DNA of 64,000 nt from Thermoplasmatota archaeon (lineage in GTDB: Archaea; Thermoplasmatota; E2; DHVEG-1): NCBI GenBank assembly GCA_016927555.1, contig JAFGML010000031.1:10971-74970 (forward strand). Direction: 5' to 3'. The notes under the pieces were generated by a model, which saw nothing but the letters and a program-made list of their open reading frames with translations, was not told where the DNA came from and searched no databases. Positions 61,942 to 64,000 of this stretch are shown here, one piece after another. Within the stretch, counting starts at the first letter, position 1. Every line of letters begins with the position of its first letter. A program made the translations under genes and the position numbers.

Positions 61942-64000
61942 ATGACGGTGACGTTAGTCGTTGGTACACAATGGGGTGATGAAGGCAAGGGAAAGGTTGT
62001 TGATTACTACTCGAAACAAGCGGACTATGTTGTCCGGTTCCAGGGCGGGAGTGTCATCGGCGACACACCAATTTTTATTAAAAAGGGTAAACAATCTGGT
62101 ATCATCGCAATCAAAAATTTTATTGACCCGTTCTACAAAGAGAATGAAGAAGGAGTAAAGGAAATAAGAAACACCTCAACAATAGGTGTAAAAATATCAA
62201 AGAATCCTGGAATAACAGACTTTACCTTCGCAAACGTATCAGGAGTATATCGACATCAAACCGATCATATATATAATGTAAAATATAATGGAGGGACCGT
62301 CTCATTAACAGCGGATCATTCCATTTTTGTTTACACAAAACATGATGGAAAGCTCTCGGTTAAAAAAACATCTGACTTGAAGAAAGGGGACATTCTCATC
62401 AGTTTCCCCCATAAAAATATGTTAAAAAGCCATAACCGAGGGGATGTTTTTTTCCCGGATGTCTCTAACCCCCAAACAACCATATTGCAGTATAAAAAAG
62501 ATAGTGTGATTTCTTCATTGCCCCTCTCTGAAGGCCTGTTAAAACTCTTTGGATACTATCTTGCTGAAGGAAATGCAAGTATTCGAACACGAAAAAGGAA
62601 AGAGAAATACAGAAAATCACCCTCTATAGATTACGACATCACGTTTTCCTTTAACACAAAGGAGAAACATCATATTAAAACCGTTAAAAAATTGATGAGC
62701 TCTCTGTTCAACGAACAAAACCCTCATGTCTTTTCCCCCCCAAATGAAAGCAGTGAAACATGCGTCCGGTATTCAAAAAAATATCTCGCAGAGTTTTTCA
62801 AAGAATTATTTGGCTCTAACGCAAAGACGAAAAGACTTCCTGATTTTATCTACACGTTACCAAAAAACCAATTTTTAATTTTCTTTGAATATTACCTAGC
62901 AGGAGACGGATATTTTCATAAATCAGGCAAAATCGAAGTCGGTACTGTCTCTAAAAATTTAGCTGTTCAATTGAACTGGCTGCTGAACATTCACAATATT
63001 AAAAGTACTCTACTTGAAAAAACAACAAAAGAGAGAAACGCACCGCAGGGCCATCTCCTACGAAGAACAAAGGTTTATACCATCAAAATTGGGGCATCAT
63101 GCAACCCGTTCCTAATAAAAGGTCGAAAAAGAATTAACAATTACTACTTGAGGCGAGTCATAAAGATATCAAAACAACCATACTCCGGTTATGTCTATGA
63201 TCTGTGTGGATGTGATAACGAAGCGTTTTTCGGGGGCAATAGCCCAATTTTACTTCATAACAGCAATGCAGGTCATACCATTAAAGTTGGAGATGAGGTG
63301 TACAAGCTTCATTTAACACCTTCCGGCGTCATTCAAGGGAAAACAGGGATTATCGCAAATGGTGTCGTCGTTGATCCTGAAATCCTCTTTCAAGAGATTG
63401 ATGAACTGACCAAACGTGGGATAAAACCCCGGCTTCTTATCAGTGACCGTGCGAACATCATCATGCCGTACCACAAAATATTGGATGGTGCTGAGGAGGC
63501 ATACCTCGGTGACAAGAAAATCGGTACCACCAAGCGAGGCATCGGGCCGTGCTACAGCGACAAGGTCGCGCGCAACGGCATCAGAGCCATCGATCTGACC
63601 AACAAAGCATCCTTGCAGAAGCTTCTTGCACGAATACTCCCCATCAAGCAAAAACTCATTGATATCTACGGTATAAAGACCAGCCTGAATGAAAAAGAAA
63701 TCCTGGAGACGTACAGCGCGTATGGGAAAAGACTACAGCCGTACATCACCTCAACTCATCTAGAGTTGAACAAGGCTATTATGAAAGAGAAGCGTGTCCT
63801 TTTAGAGGGTGCTCAGGGGACGATGCTGGACGTCGAGTTTGGCACCTACCCGTACACGACCTCCTCCCATGTGATCGCGGGCGGGTCTGCGATCGGTGCT
63901 GGGATTGGGCCTCGACACATCGATGAGATCATCGGGATCGTCAAGGCCTACACCACACGGGTGGGGGAGGGCCCTATGCCCACGGAGCTGCTGGATAAGA
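61942..64000 (+). CDS. purA: Adenylosuccinate synthetase, intein-containing (3' end beyond the window)
   Basis: Absent from the ORF track because there is no stop in the window. I translated the frame from ATG 61942. The N-extein is MTVTLVVGTQWGDEGKGKVVDYYSKQADYVVRFQGG. The C-extein from 63262 is SNAGHTIKVGDEVYKLHLTPSGV...GTTKRGIGPCYSDK...LLEGAQGTMLDVEFGTYPYTTSS. Confidence 0.9.
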   Translation, partial: MTVTLVVGTQWGDEGKGKVVDYYSKQADYVVRFQGGSVIGDTPIFIKKGKQSGIIAIKNFIDPFYKENEEGVKEIRNTSTIGVKISKNPGITDFTFANVSGVYRHQTDHIYNVKYNGGTVSLTADHSIFVYTKHDGKLSVKKTSDLKKGDILISFPHKNMLKSHNRGDVFFPDVSNPQTTILQYKKDSVISSLPLSEGLLKLFGYYLAEGNASIRTRKRKEKYRKSPSIDYDITFSFNTKEKHHIKTVKKLMSSLFNEQNPHVFSPPNESSETCVRYSKKYLAEFFKELFGSNAKTKRLPDFIYTLPKNQFLIFFEYYLAGDGYFHKSGKIEVGTVSKNLAVQLNWLLNIHNIKSTLLEKTTKERNAPQGHLLRRTKVYTIKIGASCNPFLIKGRKRINNYYLRRVIKISKQPYSGYVYDLCGCDNEAFFGGNSPILLHNSNAGHTIKVGDEVYKLHLTPSGVIQGKTGIIANGVVVDPEILFQEIDELTKRGIKPRLLISDRANIIMPYHKILDGAEEAYLGDKKIGTTKRGIGPCYSDKVARNGIRAIDLTNKASLQKLLARILPIKQKLIDIYGIKTSLNEKEILETYSAYGKRLQPYITSTHLELNKAIMKEKRVLLEGAQGTMLDVEFGTYPYTTSSHVIAGGSAIGAGIGPRHIDEIIGIVKAYTTRVGEGPMPTELLDK
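62050..63261 (+). mobile_element. Intein with LAGLIDADG homing-endonuclease domain inserted in purA
   Basis: 404 in-frame codons between FQGG and SNAGHT. Block A is SVIGDTPIFI and block B is LTADHSIFV. LAGLIDADG motifs are LFGYYLAEGNA and FFEYYLAGDGYF. Blocks F/G are GYVYDLCGCDNEAFFGGNSPILLHN, followed by Ser+1. It is AT-rich relative to the exteins. Confidence 0.85.

Noticed and set aside
61961-62158. 65-aa plus-strand ORF, and the 112-aa minus-strand ORF at 63313..63651, the only track ORFs in the purA region
   Set aside because: They are off-frame or antisense to the continuous purA-intein reading frame, which I translated from 61942 to the window end without a stop.
1-64000. CRISPR arrays, rRNA, tRNA, IS elements/transposases, integrases
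   Set aside because: I saw no regularly spaced direct repeats, no tRNA-like T-arm (GGTTCGAATCC-type) in any gap, and no transposase- or integrase-like ORF. This is a visual inspection only; tRNAscan and Infernal would be decisive.

Overview
The window is archaeal. It carries e-type ribosomal proteins (S19e, L39e, L31e), aIF6, the RNase P subunit Rpp21, diphthine synthase, PurP, an archaeal-type ThrRS and a class II HMG-CoA reductase. Coding density is high, with about 60 CDS, and GC looks roughly balanced apart from a few visibly AT-rich blocks. I found no rRNA, tRNA, CRISPR array or transposase.

Content by region:
- 1-2.7 kb: housekeeping genes.
- 2.7-8.8 kb: three tandem secreted clan-CD (gingipain C25-like) cysteine peptidase paralogs, each apparently with its own promoter and oligo-T terminator.
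- 9-16 kb: mixed housekeeping and secreted hypothetical proteins.
- 16-18.5 kb: the conserved S19e / PDCD5-like / L39e / L31e / aIF6 cluster. L31e carries a Lys-rich tail of about 130 aa.
- 19-23 kb: UbiA and geranylgeranyl-reductase-like lipid genes, plus a KaiC-like ATPase coupled to a tandem V4R protein. An AT-rich block spans part of this region.
- 25-30 kb: a HerA-like ATPase fused to an EndoIII-type Fe-S loop, followed by transglutaminase-like and methyltransferase genes.
- 32-33 kb: an E1-like / SAMP (ubiquitin-like) pair.
- 35-38.5 kb: a LarA-family racemase, a cupin and a two-subunit class I fumarase.
- 38.6-61.9 kb: a 23-kb redox supercluster. It holds an Mvh-type (group 3c) [NiFe] hydrogenase with MvhD, a convergent NADP-type (group 3b) hydrogenase with fused beta-gamma subunits behind an NADP-malic enzyme, and a co-directional array hdrC-hdrB-hdrA, a 1505-aa HdrA/GltD/HdrA fusion, mvhD, an FrhB-like gene, a double HdrC, a 1019-aa tandem HdrA and osmC.
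- 61.9-64 kb: purA interrupted by a 404-codon LAGLIDADG intein. The ORF track misses it because the gene runs off the window.

All functional calls rest on motif recognition by eye from the supplied translations. No searches were run.
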